From: Myxococcota bacterium
GTDB taxonomy: Bacteria; Myxococcota_A; Polyangia; Nannocystales; Nannocystaceae
Reading direction: 5' to 3'
Length of the DNA: 64,000 nucleotides
Assembly: GCA_039028615.1 (NCBI GenBank)
Contig: JBCCHT010000029.1
Span: forward strand, 1 to 64,000
Part shown: piece after piece, positions 21,063 through 31,357 of the stretch
Numbering within the stretch: position 1 is the stretch's first letter
How the letters are laid out: each line of letters begins with the position of its first letter
The notes under the pieces: model-generated
Database searches by the model: none
What the model was told of the DNA's origin: nothing
The model's input: the letters and a program-made list of their open reading frames with translations, nothing else
Program-made: the position numbers and the translations under genes

Positions 21063-23105
21063 ATGGCAGTGGATAAACAAGGGGGATCGGCAGGGCTGTA
21101 CGCAGTAGCCATGGACGACGAGTTACAGACGCCGGCTGTCGAGCCGATGTCCGTCGTGACTTCGACGACCCATGGCGCCGAGATCGGCTGGGCGATGCTT
21201 GCCGACAGCGAGCGCGGCTCGGTTCGCGAGATCGCTCGCTGGGGCATGACTGTAGGGCTTTCTCGGACACCCGAGTTCACGGGCGCTGACACGATCCCCT
21301 TCCAACTTCAGAACGAGCAGAAGATCATGGTCTCGGGCACGGCCCGCGTGGTCTCGCTCGTCGAGTACGAGATCGGCTGCGACGCCCTTTTGTGGGTCAT
21401 CGACCACGACGGTCGCTGGGAAGACGTCGCGAAGTCGCTGTCCAATCGGCTGCGGCACCGCCCGCGGGACTCCAACGATCTGGGGTCGAGCCGGCTGTCC
21501 ATGGAACGGTTCATTCCGCGGCTGCGCTCGCTGGCCAACAACCACGCCAAGGCGATGGTCAGCTCGGCCGACAGCGACGTCTCGGTGCCCGCCCGCTTGG
21601 ATCCCGAGCGTGGGCTGATGCTCGAGTGGAGCCCGAACCTCAGCGACCTCAAGGCGCCCTTCAAGATCCAGGTCGAGGGCCCCTTCTCCACCGTCAACTT
21701 CGTCGACGACACGCTGCGCTGGAACGACGGCGCTTCGGCGCATAGCGCATCGCTGAACCTGCGTCGCCGCCTGCGTCGCGTGCCCGCGCCGTCGGGTGCC
21801 AAGGTCGTGGTCTTCTCCGACGACGGCACGCCCATCGAGCTCCGCATGAAGGATGTGTCCTTCGGCGGCGTCTCGGCGCGCATTCCTTCGGACCTGGACC
21901 ACCTGCGGGTCGACCAAAAGCTGTCCGACGTCATCCTGACGTGGCGCGGTGGCCCGCAGCTGCGCTTTTCGGGCGAGGTCCGCCATCGGTCGCTGGCTCC
22001 CGCTGGCGACTCCGACCTCGTGGGCCTGAAGCTCGAGCAGAGCCGCGACCCGCAGTGGGATCGCTGGGCCCGTGAGGTCGAGAGCCTGCTCTACCCCACC
22101 ACGGAGAGCTTCGGTCACGACTACCAGTCCATCTGGGACCTGTTCGAGGCCTCGGGCTACTTCGATCTCTCCGACGGACGCCGCGAGAGCACGGGCTTCC
22201 AAGAGCTCCGCAGCGCCTTCGAAAATGCCTACGGGCGCCTGGCCACCGCGCCCGACCTCGGTTGTCTGGCCGCGTTCTCGAGCCCCACCCGCGCCGAGGC
22301 CACGCTGGCCGGCCTGCGGCTGTGGAGCAGCACGTGGATCGGCTTCCAGCTCGCGCGCAACCAGGTGCGCCCGCACCTGAGCAAATCCGACAGCACGCCG
22401 CTGCGAGACCTCTTCTATCACGTGTACGAGCGGGCGGGCGCCGACCCGGACCTCCGCTGGCTCATCGCGTTCATCCGCGACGACGCCCCGCGCTTCTCCA
22501 AGGTGTTGCATCGCGACTTCGTGCTCGCCTCGCCGGGCGGCTGCGCGGTGCCCTTCCAGGCGTGGAAGAGCAACGTCCACATGCTGGGCGAAGGGTCGAT
22601 GCTGAACACCGAGTACGCCACCGAAGAGCAGACCCAAGAGGTCCTGCGCAAGCTGGCGAAGCTTCGTCCTCACTTCTATCTCGACGCGCACGACCTGTTG
22701 CCCGAGACCTTCGCGATGCAGAAGCTCAAGGACGACTGGGAGTTTTACGGCATGCTGCGCGACCGGACGATGGTCGTCGCGACCGAGCGCGGCCGGATCG
22801 TCGCTGCCGCGGTGCTCGATGCCGCCGAGAACGGCCTGCACCTGTACAGCCTGCTCGACACCGTTCGCCTCTACGAGCTCGAGCCCGGCGGTAGCCGCCA
22901 CTACGGCGAGCTGCTCGACCGCGCCAACGAGTGGTTCTACGGCTACGGCAAGAACTCGTTCGTCACCTTCGGCGAAGATCTCGACCCGAGCACGATGCAG
23001 TCGCTCGGCGCCACGGGCATGGGCGACGGCCTGGTCACCTACCTGCCGAGCACCTCCATCCCGTACATCCTCGAGCGGGTCTCCGAGCTCACCGCTCCCA
23101 AGTAA
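21063..23105 (+). CDS. PilZ-domain protein with long C-terminal region (possibly GNAT-like)
   Basis: RRRLRR and KDVSFGG PilZ c-di-GMP motifs; C-terminal fold inferred only. Confidence 0.8.
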   Translation: MAVDKQGGSAGLYAVAMDDELQTPAVEPMSVVTSTTHGAEIGWAMLADSERGSVREIARWGMTVGLSRTPEFTGADTIPFQLQNEQKIMVSGTARVVSLVEYEIGCDALLWVIDHDGRWEDVAKSLSNRLRHRPRDSNDLGSSRLSMERFIPRLRSLANNHAKAMVSSADSDVSVPARLDPERGLMLEWSPNLSDLKAPFKIQVEGPFSTVNFVDDTLRWNDGASAHSASLNLRRRLRRVPAPSGAKVVVFSDDGTPIELRMKDVSFGGVSARIPSDLDHLRVDQKLSDVILTWRGGPQLRFSGEVRHRSLAPAGDSDLVGLKLEQSRDPQWDRWAREVESLLYPTTESFGHDYQSIWDLFEASGYFDLSDGRRESTGFQELRSAFENAYGRLATAPDLGCLAAFSSPTRAEATLAGLRLWSSTWIGFQLARNQVRPHLSKSDSTPLRDLFYHVYERAGADPDLRWLIAFIRDDAPRFSKVLHRDFVLASPGGCAVPFQAWKSNVHMLGEGSMLNTEYATEEQTQEVLRKLAKLRPHFYLDAHDLLPETFAMQKLKDDWEFYGMLRDRTMVVATERGRIVAAAVLDAAENGLHLYSLLDTVRLYELEPGGSRHYGELLDRANEWFYGYGKNSFVTFGEDLDPSTMQSLGATGMGDGLVTYLPSTSIPYILERVSELTAPK

Positions 23106-23129
23106 CGCTTCTTCTTCGGGCTACGCGCC

Positions 23130-24011
23130 ATGAACGAACGCGTCGAGCGAGTCGTCGTCGTGGGAGGCACCCACGGCAACGAGCGCACGGGCGTCGTGCT
23201 GGCCCGTCGCTGGCAACGAGACCCCGCCGAGATCACCCGCCCCTCGTTCGACACCACCGTGCTCGTCGGCAACCCCGAGGCCATCGAGCACAACGTCCGC
23301 TACCTCGACCAAGACCTCAATCGTTGCTTTGCCGCCAGTGCGCTGGAGGCCCTCGCCACCGACCGGGAGTCCGCTCGCGCCAAGGTCGTGGCCGAGCAGA
23401 TCCTCGCCGTCGACCCCAATCGACAGGCGTTGTTCGATCTGCACACGACGGTGTGTCCGATGGGCACCACCGTCATCCTGATGGACCCGTCGCCGTTCAA
23501 CCTCGGCCTGGTGGCGAGCCTGCAGAGGGCCGACTCCCGCGTGCAGTGCTTTTATTGGCACGCCCCGGGGCGCGAGCCCGTGCACCTCAATGGTCTATGC
23601 CCGCGGGGTATCGCGGTGGAGGTCGGGGCGGTCGCTCATGGCACGGTACGCGCCGACGTGCTCGAGGCCACCCGTACGGTGCTCGCGGGGGCGCTCGACT
23701 ACGTAGAGGCCTGGAACCGCGGGCAACGGAACGCAGGCGAAGAGGCCGTCCTGCATCGTTTCGTGCGCAACGTGGACTTCCCCCGGGATGCCGACGGCGA
23801 GTTCGCAGCGCTGGTACACCCCGAGCGCCAGGACCAGAACTTCGTGCCGTTGAGCGTCGACGCTCCCCTGTTCGTCGACCTCGACGGCCGAACCATCGGC
23901 TACGACGGTGAGCCGGGCCTGTGCCCCATCTTCATCAACGAGGCGGCGTACTACGAGGTCGGCGTCGCGATGTCGCTGACCGAGCGCATCACGATGCGTG
24001 TGCCCGCCTGA
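23130..24011 (+). CDS. Aspartoacylase (AstE/AspA family)
   Basis: GGTHGNE, DLNRCF, DLHTT, VEVG, PIFINEAAYYE. Confidence 0.92.
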   Translation: MNERVERVVVVGGTHGNERTGVVLARRWQRDPAEITRPSFDTTVLVGNPEAIEHNVRYLDQDLNRCFAASALEALATDRESARAKVVAEQILAVDPNRQALFDLHTTVCPMGTTVILMDPSPFNLGLVASLQRADSRVQCFYWHAPGREPVHLNGLCPRGIAVEVGAVAHGTVRADVLEATRTVLAGALDYVEAWNRGQRNAGEEAVLHRFVRNVDFPRDADGEFAALVHPERQDQNFVPLSVDAPLFVDLDGRTIGYDGEPGLCPIFINEAAYYEVGVAMSLTERITMRVPA

Positions 24012-24034
24012 GACGGCGGGCGATGTCGGCCGCC

Positions 24035-24520
24035 CTACGAGGCGGAGACGTTCGCGATCGAGCGTCCCAGCAGCTCCTGAAGCGCCGACTCGGTCATCGT
24101 GCTCGCTGGCGCGGGGTCTTCACCCGCCAGCTCCAGGCGCATCTCGGCCAGGCGTCGTCGCATGGGCAACCGGAGCTGCGCATCGATCTCGAGGTAGTCG
24201 AGCGCGTCTTCGAGGTCCTCGGGGGGAAACGCCTTGATCTCCACGCCCACCCAACCCAGCGCGGTGACGATGCCCCGCGCCACGCGAGACAGCGTCACGA
24301 TGGCGCCGCGCATCTTCACGTCGGAGACCTGCTTGCGCTGCAGCGCATTGGGCCCGACGCCGTCGGTGAGCGCCAACAGACCTCGACCCGACGAGTTCGC
24401 AGCATCGCGCAACACGTCGGCGTAGCGTGCCCACTCGTCGTCGTTCGGAGGATCGGCACCGTGCACGAGCAGGACCCAGTCTTGATGACGCTCGAAAAGG
24501 ATGTTCTTGGCGGTACTCAC
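24035..24520 (-). CDS. STAS/SEC14 (SpoIIAA-like) domain protein
   Basis: LLALTDGVGPNALQRKQ...ARGIVTALGW...KAF...DALDYL pattern; start uncertain (24520 or 24580). Confidence 0.65.
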   Translation of the reverse strand: MSTAKNILFERHQDWVLLVHGADPPNDDEWARYADVLRDAANSSGRGLLALTDGVGPNALQRKQVSDVKMRGAIVTLSRVARGIVTALGWVGVEIKAFPPEDLEDALDYLEIDAQLRLPMRRRLAEMRLELAGEDPAPASTMTESALQELLGRSIANVSAS

Positions 24521-24885
24521 GGCGGCAGCCGAGATACTAGGTCCGGTCCGAGAGGCTGTCGACCGATGGAGCCGCGCCATCGCGCACGACGAGTGAAACC
24601 TGCGACAACGGCACGCCAAAGCGCGATTGGCGGGAATCTGGTGACGGTGTCGGCATCGGTCGAGGCCTTCGATGCTCCCTCGAACTGGGCAGTTCACGCG
24701 GTGCCTTCAGCCGTCGTCGGCCCGTGTGCATCGACCGCAGATCGAGGCCCCACACCTCGCCCTGTCGGCCGTCGACGTCCCGCAATGGAGCGCCATCGCT
24801 CGTGGGCTCTCTGTTGTGGGCCATCGCCGCAATTGGACCGTTCGCCGCCTGGTGATCCCCTCATCGCGACGCCTACGTTCGAACC

Positions 24886-25374
24886 ATGAGCGACCTGCGG
24901 ATCGCCGAGGCTACCGTGGACCACGCCTTTGGCCATGCGCCCGGACTCGTCCTGTACGTCTGGCGTGGCGTGGTGCAACCGTCCACCGTGCAGCGGTTGA
25001 TCGCGATGGCCCCCAAGGCTCGCAACGGCGCAGACGGCTCGGCCGTGGGCATGCTGGGCATCGTCACCGATGACGCGCCACCCCCTTCCGCCGAGAGCCG
25101 CCGCGCCCTGGCGGACATGCTCGTGCAGGTCGACTTCTTGTCGGCGTCGGCGTTGACCTTCGAGAGCGGTGGCTTTCAGGGGGCGATGGTGCGGGCCGTG
25201 GCGACCGGCCTGAACCTGCTGGCGAGGCCCCCGTTCCCGCACAAGGTCTTCCCCACCGTCTTCGCGGCGACCCACTGGTTGCAGCGAGAGCTCGCGACCG
25301 TCGATGCACAGACCCGGGAGGCCAGAGGCTGCGAGGCACTGCTCCAGGAGCTGCGCGCGGCCCCGCATCAGTGA
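24886..25374 (+). CDS. STAS/SEC14 (SpoIIAA-like) domain protein
   Basis: YVWRG, PPSAESRRAL, GFQGAMVRAV, KVF...ATHWL. Confidence 0.7.
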   Translation: MSDLRIAEATVDHAFGHAPGLVLYVWRGVVQPSTVQRLIAMAPKARNGADGSAVGMLGIVTDDAPPPSAESRRALADMLVQVDFLSASALTFESGGFQGAMVRAVATGLNLLARPPFPHKVFPTVFAATHWLQRELATVDAQTREARGCEALLQELRAAPHQ

Positions 25375-25486
25375 GATCGCCGCCGGGCTCGGCTCCCGTC
25401 TGGGCCGCGGTCGCGTGCAGATTGGCGCGATAAGCGAACGGAAACTGATTTAGAAAAGCAGCAATTTATGTTTTGATAGTTAGCGT

Positions 25487-26413
25487 ATGGCTTATGGACG
25501 TACCCTGATCGTCGTGGTGGCGGCCCCGTTGCTCGCGTGTGGGCCGACGCTCGTGCCGACCACGGTGGATGACGACGGGGCGAACACCACCGCTGCATCG
25601 ACCTCGTTCGGCCCTGGTTCGGCGACGACCACCCCCTCCCCTGCCACCACGGTCGATCCCAGCGTGGGTGAAACGAGCGGGGACGACGGTCTCGACGGGA
25701 CTTCGGAGTCGACCGGGTCGGCGTTCATCATGGAGACCGACATTGGCGGCGTCCTCGAGCAGTGCGACCCCTTTGCCCAGGACTGCCCACGCGGCGAAAA
25801 GTGCACGTTCTACTCGCCCCAAGGCGCGGGCGGATGGGACTGGGTGGGCTGCGTCCCCATCGCCGACAACCCGGCGGCCCCGGGCGAGGAGTGCTCGTAC
25901 GAGGGCTCGCCCTTCGGCGGGCACGACGACTGCGAGCTCGGGTCGATGTGCTGGAATGTCGACGGAAAGACGGGACTGGGGACCTGCGTCTCGATCTGCA
26001 TGGGCAGCGAGGACAACCCCACCTGCGAGCCCGGCTTTCGATGCGCCATCGCAGGCGGTCCGCTGGCGCTGTGTCTGCCGACCTGCGACCCCCTCGCGCA
26101 AGACTGCGGCGAAGGCCAAGGCTGCTATCCGGTCTCCGGCGACTGGACGTGCGCGCCGCATGCCTCCGAGGGCGAAGGGCTGGGTGGACAGGGCAGCCCC
26201 TGCCAGTACGTCAACTCCTGCAACCCGGGGCTGATGTGTTCGGTCTTCGAGGACGTCCTGGGCTGCGAGGATCCGCCCTGCTGCACCGAGGTCTGTCCGC
26301 TCGACATGCCCATGTGCGAGGGCGAGGAACAAGGGGTGGAGTGCGTGCCCTGGGACGACAACCCGCCCCCCGGCTACGAGAACGTCGGAGTTTGCGCCGT
26401 CCCGGCGCCGTAA
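25487..26413 (+). CDS. Cys-rich repeat lipoprotein
   Basis: LLAC lipobox, Thr-rich linker, two CDPxAQDC units, ends ENVGVC. Confidence 0.85.
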   Translation: MAYGRTLIVVVAAPLLACGPTLVPTTVDDDGANTTAASTSFGPGSATTTPSPATTVDPSVGETSGDDGLDGTSESTGSAFIMETDIGGVLEQCDPFAQDCPRGEKCTFYSPQGAGGWDWVGCVPIADNPAAPGEECSYEGSPFGGHDDCELGSMCWNVDGKTGLGTCVSICMGSEDNPTCEPGFRCAIAGGPLALCLPTCDPLAQDCGEGQGCYPVSGDWTCAPHASEGEGLGGQGSPCQYVNSCNPGLMCSVFEDVLGCEDPPCCTEVCPLDMPMCEGEEQGVECVPWDDNPPPGYENVGVCAVPAP

Positions 26414-26474
26414 AGGACCCGCTTGGCCGAAAATTAGGTGAGCTTCGTGCCGGTGGCTACGCTCTCCTGTCGCC

Positions 26475-27074
26475 GTGCTCGCCTCCGGTCTCCAGTCGAC
26501 TCGTGTCCGCCTGCTGCAAGACGGCGATCACCATGACGTCGTGGTGGAGTCGGTCCGTCGCGCCCGCCGTTCGGTCTGGATCGCCACCGCAAACCTGAAG
26601 GAACTCCGTGTTCCGGGTCGCGCTGCGCGGCGCTACATGAGCGTGCTCGACGTGTTCGATCGCCTCGCCCGCGATGGGGTCGAACTCCGAATCCTGCACG
26701 CCAGCATGCCTTCACGGGCATTTCGCAAGGCCTTCGACTCCAAACCGCGGCTGGTGGCGGGCGGCCTGCAGTTGCGGCAGTGCCCGCGCGTGCACCTCAA
26801 GCTGGTGATCATCGACGGCGCCCTCGCCTACCTCGGCAGCGCCAACTGGACGGGCGCGGGCCTGGGCGCCAAGGGCAGCCACCGCCGCAACTTCGAGATG
26901 GGCTTCGTGACGGACGACGACGCCGTTCTCGATGCCACCCAGGACCGCTACGAGCAGCTGTGGCGGGGATCCGAGTGCGGCGCCTGTCGCTTGCGGACGG
27001 AGTGCGAAGCGCCGTTGGATCTCGATGCCCGACCGCCCGCGAAGGGTCCGGTGGTACGCCTGCGCCCGCCGTGA
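26475..27074 (+). CDS. Single-HKD phospholipase D/nuclease-like protein
   Basis: HLKLVIID...GSANWT...NFEMG; C-terminal CGACRLRTEC. Confidence 0.88.
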   Translation: MLASGLQSTRVRLLQDGDHHDVVVESVRRARRSVWIATANLKELRVPGRAARRYMSVLDVFDRLARDGVELRILHASMPSRAFRKAFDSKPRLVAGGLQLRQCPRVHLKLVIIDGALAYLGSANWTGAGLGAKGSHRRNFEMGFVTDDDAVLDATQDRYEQLWRGSECGACRLRTECEAPLDLDARPPAKGPVVRLRPP

Positions 27075-27134
27075 GTCGTTTATCGCTGTTCGCGCTCTCG
27101 CGTTGAGAGTGTCGTTCGGGTATGTGCACTGGCG

Positions 27135-28280
27135 GTGCCCGACTCTCAGTCCTGCACGCTGCACATCTTCACCGGGGCCACCGGTCTGGTTGGTTCCGCG
27201 ACGATCCTCGAGTTGCTGCGCACGGATCCTCGAGCCGAGGTCTTGGCCTTGTTGCGGCCGGGCCCGGACGGCGCGGGCCCTCGCCTGGTCGAGACGCTGC
27301 AACGGGCGGCGAGGCTCTACGGCCTGGGCGACTCGCTCGACGAGGCCATCGCGACGCGCTGCGAGGCGCTCGCCAGCGACGTGCACGAGCCCCGCTGCGG
27401 CGTGGACCCTCCCGCGCGCTGGCACGGCGCCGAGATGTGGCACTGCGCCGCCGCGCTCCAGTTTCACGATCGCTTCCGCGACGCGGTGATGCAGACCAAT
27501 GTGGAGGGCACCAGGCACGCGATCGAGCTGGCTCGGCAGCTCGAGGTCTCGACCTTCAACTTCGTGAGCACGGCCTACGTGGTCGGTGAGCGCTCGGGGC
27601 TCATCGCGGAGGCCCCGATCGAGTCCACCGATGACCTGGCGCCGAACAACCACTACGAGCGCAGCAAGGCGATGGCCGAGCAGCTCGTCTCGGACAGCGG
27701 CCTGCGGGTTCGGATCATGCGCCCGAGCATCGTGGTCGGCCACTCGCAGACCCGCGGGGCGATCACCTTCAACAGCTTCTACGGCTTCGTGCGCGGCGTG
27801 TTCAAGTTCCGTCGCCTCATGGAGCGGACGCAGGCCCAGCTCATGGACTCGCTGGAGGTTCGGATGCTCGCCGACCCCGAGGGCATGCTGGACGTCATCC
27901 CCGTGGACTACGTGGCCCAGGACGCCCTGGCCTTGTCGCGGGCCGACGCCGAGCCGGGCGTCTATCACCTGGCCGGCATCGGGCGGCACTCGACCCAGCG
28001 CATGATCGCGGTGGTGTTCGAGACGGTGGGGCTGCCTCGGCCGATCTTCGTGGACGACATCTCGGAGCTGACGTGGATCGACCGCAAGCTCCACCAAGCG
28101 GTGTCCGTCTACAACGCGTACTTGTTCGGCGACAAACGCTTCGACCGCACGCAGGTCGACGGGGTCATCGGGCAATCGGCGGGCCTGGGCTACGTGCTCG
28201 ACGACGAAGAGGTGCGGCGTCTCGGCCAGTGGTATCTCGACCACGACTTGGCCCCGCGAAAGAGTCGTACGACCACATGA
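27135..28280 (+). CDS. Extended SDR, fatty-acyl/thioester reductase-like
   Basis: TGATGLVG, WHCAA, TNVEGT, VSTAYV, YERSK, RPSIVVG. Confidence 0.88.
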   Translation: MPDSQSCTLHIFTGATGLVGSATILELLRTDPRAEVLALLRPGPDGAGPRLVETLQRAARLYGLGDSLDEAIATRCEALASDVHEPRCGVDPPARWHGAEMWHCAAALQFHDRFRDAVMQTNVEGTRHAIELARQLEVSTFNFVSTAYVVGERSGLIAEAPIESTDDLAPNNHYERSKAMAEQLVSDSGLRVRIMRPSIVVGHSQTRGAITFNSFYGFVRGVFKFRRLMERTQAQLMDSLEVRMLADPEGMLDVIPVDYVAQDALALSRADAEPGVYHLAGIGRHSTQRMIAVVFETVGLPRPIFVDDISELTWIDRKLHQAVSVYNAYLFGDKRFDRTQVDGVIGQSAGLGYVLDDEEVRRLGQWYLDHDLAPRKSRTTT

Positions 28281-29350
28281 GCCGCCCTGCCCCGCTGTTC
28301 ATCGTCGGCACGGGCCGCTGCGGCTCCACCTTGATCTCGAAGCTGATGGACGCCCACCCGCGGGTGCTCAGCGTGTCGGAGCTGCTGTCGTTCACCACCG
28401 ACCTCGGGAGCCTCATCCCCCAGGCCTTCGACGAAGGGCCGGTCGACGGGGAGCACTTCTGGTCGGTCGTCAGTGCCCAGGTGCCGCGGTCCAACCAGCT
28501 GCTCGCCCACGGTCTGCGCATGCCGGAGGTGCTCTACCCCTTCGAGCGCGGGCGCTACCGCATGGACGCCGGGGTGCCCGCGATCTCGTTCGGCATGCTG
28601 CCGTGGCTGAGCCGCGATCCCGACGCGCTCTTCGACGAGCTGGAGGCCCACATGCGCCCGCGAGGCCCCGCCTCGATGGCCGAGCACTACCGCCACCTGT
28701 TCGAGCACCTCATGCACCAGCGAGGGCACCAGACCTGGGTGGAGCGCTCGGGCGGCAGCCTGCGCATCATCCAGCGCCTCGTGGACGCCTTCCCCGAGGC
28801 TCGCTTCGTGCACCTGGTTCGCGACGGCCGCAACACCGCCATCTCCATGAGCCGCCACATCGGCTTCCGCATGGCGCTGGTGGGGTTTTCGTTGCTGGAG
28901 CTGCTCGGGGTGGACCCGTGGGAGAGCGACGATCGCAGCGAGGTCGACGACCTCGAGGACGACCTCGCCGCCCTGCTGCCCGAGACCTTTACCGCCGAGG
29001 CCTTCCACGCCTACGACATCTCGCCCACGCTGTGCGGGCACTACTGGTCGGGCGAGATTCGGCGTGGCGTCGCCGTGCTCAAGGCCCTGCCCCCACAGCG
29101 CGTCATGACCCTGCGCTACGAGGACCTCATCACCGACTCTCGTGCCTGCATGACCCAGCTGGGCGGGGTGCTCGATGTCGGCGCGGTGGAAGACTCGTGG
29201 ATCGAAGCCGGGCTCGCCGAGATCGGTCAGGGGCGCTCGCAGTGGCAGCAGCTCGACCCCCGAGACCAGCGCGAGCTCGATGACGCCTGCGCGCCGGGCT
29301 TCGCCGCCCTGGCCGAGATCGGGCTGCACTGGCCCCGCTGCGAGGGCTGA
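28277..29350 (+). CDS. PAPS-dependent sulfotransferase
   Basis: FIVGTGRCGST (5'-PSB), HLVRDGRNTAIS (3'-PB), LRYEDL; ATGA overlap. Confidence 0.9.
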   Translation: MSRPAPLFIVGTGRCGSTLISKLMDAHPRVLSVSELLSFTTDLGSLIPQAFDEGPVDGEHFWSVVSAQVPRSNQLLAHGLRMPEVLYPFERGRYRMDAGVPAISFGMLPWLSRDPDALFDELEAHMRPRGPASMAEHYRHLFEHLMHQRGHQTWVERSGGSLRIIQRLVDAFPEARFVHLVRDGRNTAISMSRHIGFRMALVGFSLLELLGVDPWESDDRSEVDDLEDDLAALLPETFTAEAFHAYDISPTLCGHYWSGEIRRGVAVLKALPPQRVMTLRYEDLITDSRACMTQLGGVLDVGAVEDSWIEAGLAEIGQGRSQWQQLDPRDQRELDDACAPGFAALAEIGLHWPRCEG

Positions 29351-30192
29351 TGAACATCGACCTCATCCAGACCCTCGGCTCCGTGCTGCTGGTGGTGACG
29401 CTGATGTTCGCCACCGGCCTCAAGCTCGTTTGGGGCGACTTGGTGGCGCTGCGGCGACGGCCGGGCCCCATGCTCTGGGGGCTGGTGGTCAATCTCGTGG
29501 CCGTGCCCGCGCTGGCCTGGGTGCTGGTCTCCAGCCTGGGGCTGCCGCCGCTGGTGGCGTTGGGCATCGTGCTGTGTGCCGCCGCGCCCGGGGGCCCCGC
29601 CGCGATTCTCTACGTGACGATGGCCGGCGCCGACCTGGCGCTGGCGGTGGGCATGACCATCGTCTTGCCCGCCATCGCCGTGGTCTCGACCCCGCTGACG
29701 CTCTCGCTGCTGGTGGAGCTCGAGGGCTCGGTCCCCGTGCTGCCCATGCTCGGGGCGCTCGTCGGGATGCAGATGATGCCGCTGGCAATCGGCATGCTGC
29801 TCCGCCGCCATCGAGAGGCGCTCGCGACCAGGCTCGCCCGCCCCTTCACCGCGCTCGCCAACGCGATCCTGGCCGGCTTGGTCCTCTTCCTGCTGATCAC
29901 CAAGGGCTATGTGCTCGCCGACAGCTCGCCGACCACCTGGCTGGTGATCATGGCCCTGACGGTGGCCGCGTTGGTACTCGGCTACGGCCGCCCCGGCGCG
30001 GAGCGTGACACGGCCCGGGCCAGCTCGCTGGTGGGCGCATCCCGCAACAGCTCGGTGGCGATCATGCTCTCGTCGACCTTCTTCGCGGATCCGGTCGTCG
30101 ACGCCACCGTGCTCGGGTACTCGCTCATGGCCCTGCTCGCCCCGATCTTCGTGGCCCAGGTGTGGCGCCGCGGCGGATCCTCGAGCGCGTAG
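29350..30192 (+). CDS. Bile acid:sodium symporter (BASS) family transporter
   Basis: MFATGL, AAAPGG, GADLALAVGMT, SRNS; many TM helices; TGATG overlap. Confidence 0.88.
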   Translation: MNIDLIQTLGSVLLVVTLMFATGLKLVWGDLVALRRRPGPMLWGLVVNLVAVPALAWVLVSSLGLPPLVALGIVLCAAAPGGPAAILYVTMAGADLALAVGMTIVLPAIAVVSTPLTLSLLVELEGSVPVLPMLGALVGMQMMPLAIGMLLRRHREALATRLARPFTALANAILAGLVLFLLITKGYVLADSSPTTWLVIMALTVAALVLGYGRPGAERDTARASSLVGASRNSSVAIMLSSTFFADPVVDATVLGYSLMALLAPIFVAQVWRRGGSSSA

Positions 30193-30210
30193 GCCCGACC
30201 GGGGCCCGGC

Positions 30211-31104
30211 TCAGTCCTCTGCGGCGAACGGTCTCCGGCCCTCGATCAAGTCGTGGTCCCGGCGAATCAGCTCCCGGACGAAGCGAGTGAAGGTCGTCAT
30301 CCTCGCGGAGCCGCGCAGCTGCGGATGGGTCAGCACCCACAGGTACAGGCCCCCCTCGAAGTAGTCGCCGATGCGACGCAGCTTCGGGTTCGTGTCGCCG
30401 ATGAGGCACGGCATGATGGTGATACCCAGGCCGGCCTCCACCGCCTGCTCCATCACGTTCATCTGCCCCAGGCGCAGCACGATGTCGGCTCCGGCCGCAT
30501 TGGCGGCGATCCACTCGTCGGTGGTTCGGGCGAACGCCAAGTCCCATGAAAGCCACGGGAACGCGGAGTACGGAGCATCGGCCCCGATCTTCGCCACCAG
30601 GTCCTCGCTGCCGTAGATACAGTACAAAAGCTCCGCGTGGCGCCCCCCGAGCAGGTGATCGGGCGCGGTGGGAGCGATGCGCAGCGCGATGTCGGCCTCG
30701 CGCTGGGTCAGGTTGACGACCGAGGTGGTGGAGGTCAGCTCGAGGTCGACGTTGGGGTAGCGATCGCGAAACGCTCCGAAGTCGCGGATCCAATAGCGCA
30801 GCAGGAAGTTGACCGACGTGACGCGGATCGAACCCTCGAGCTTCTGGTCGAGCCCGTGAATCGCCGCGTCGAGCTCATCGGTGAGGCGCTCGACCTGCTC
30901 GGCCACGGCCACCACCCGCTCGCCCGCTTCGTTGAGCACCGTGCCGTGCTTGAACTTCTCGAACAGCGCCGTGCCCTGGTCGTCCTGCAGTGAGCGAAGG
31001 CGTCGCGCCATCGTGGTCGGACTGACTCCCAACGACTTGGCCGCCGCCAATACGGTGCCCTCGCGGGCCACCGCCAGGATGTACCGGAGGTCTTCCCAGT
31101 TCAC
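30211..31104 (-). CDS. LysR-family transcriptional regulator
   Basis: WEDLRYILAVAREG...AAKSLGVS HTH; READIALR. Confidence 0.93.
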   Translation of the reverse strand: MNWEDLRYILAVAREGTVLAAAKSLGVSPTTMARRLRSLQDDQGTALFEKFKHGTVLNEAGERVVAVAEQVERLTDELDAAIHGLDQKLEGSIRVTSVNFLLRYWIRDFGAFRDRYPNVDLELTSTTSVVNLTQREADIALRIAPTAPDHLLGGRHAELLYCIYGSEDLVAKIGADAPYSAFPWLSWDLAFARTTDEWIAANAAGADIVLRLGQMNVMEQAVEAGLGITIMPCLIGDTNPKLRRIGDYFEGGLYLWVLTHPQLRGSARMTTFTRFVRELIRRDHDLIEGRRPFAAED

Positions 31105-31357
31105 CGCGAACTACCTCGAGTTTCCAGTTTCTGCATTTTTGACCGCCGGTTTTGGCTGTTGATTTGCCGCTTTGTGCAAACTACCTTCAACCCATCGAGA
31201 GGCCAAGAACTCTCGGTCCCGTGCTCCGACCCTCGGTTTCCTGCCGTGGAAGACCCGCTACGCCGGTCTACGCCGCCGCACGAGCATCTCGAAACCCGCT
31301 GGCATCGCTTGCGATGCCACTGCCTTCGCGCAAACGACGCGATTTTTGGAGTCCACG

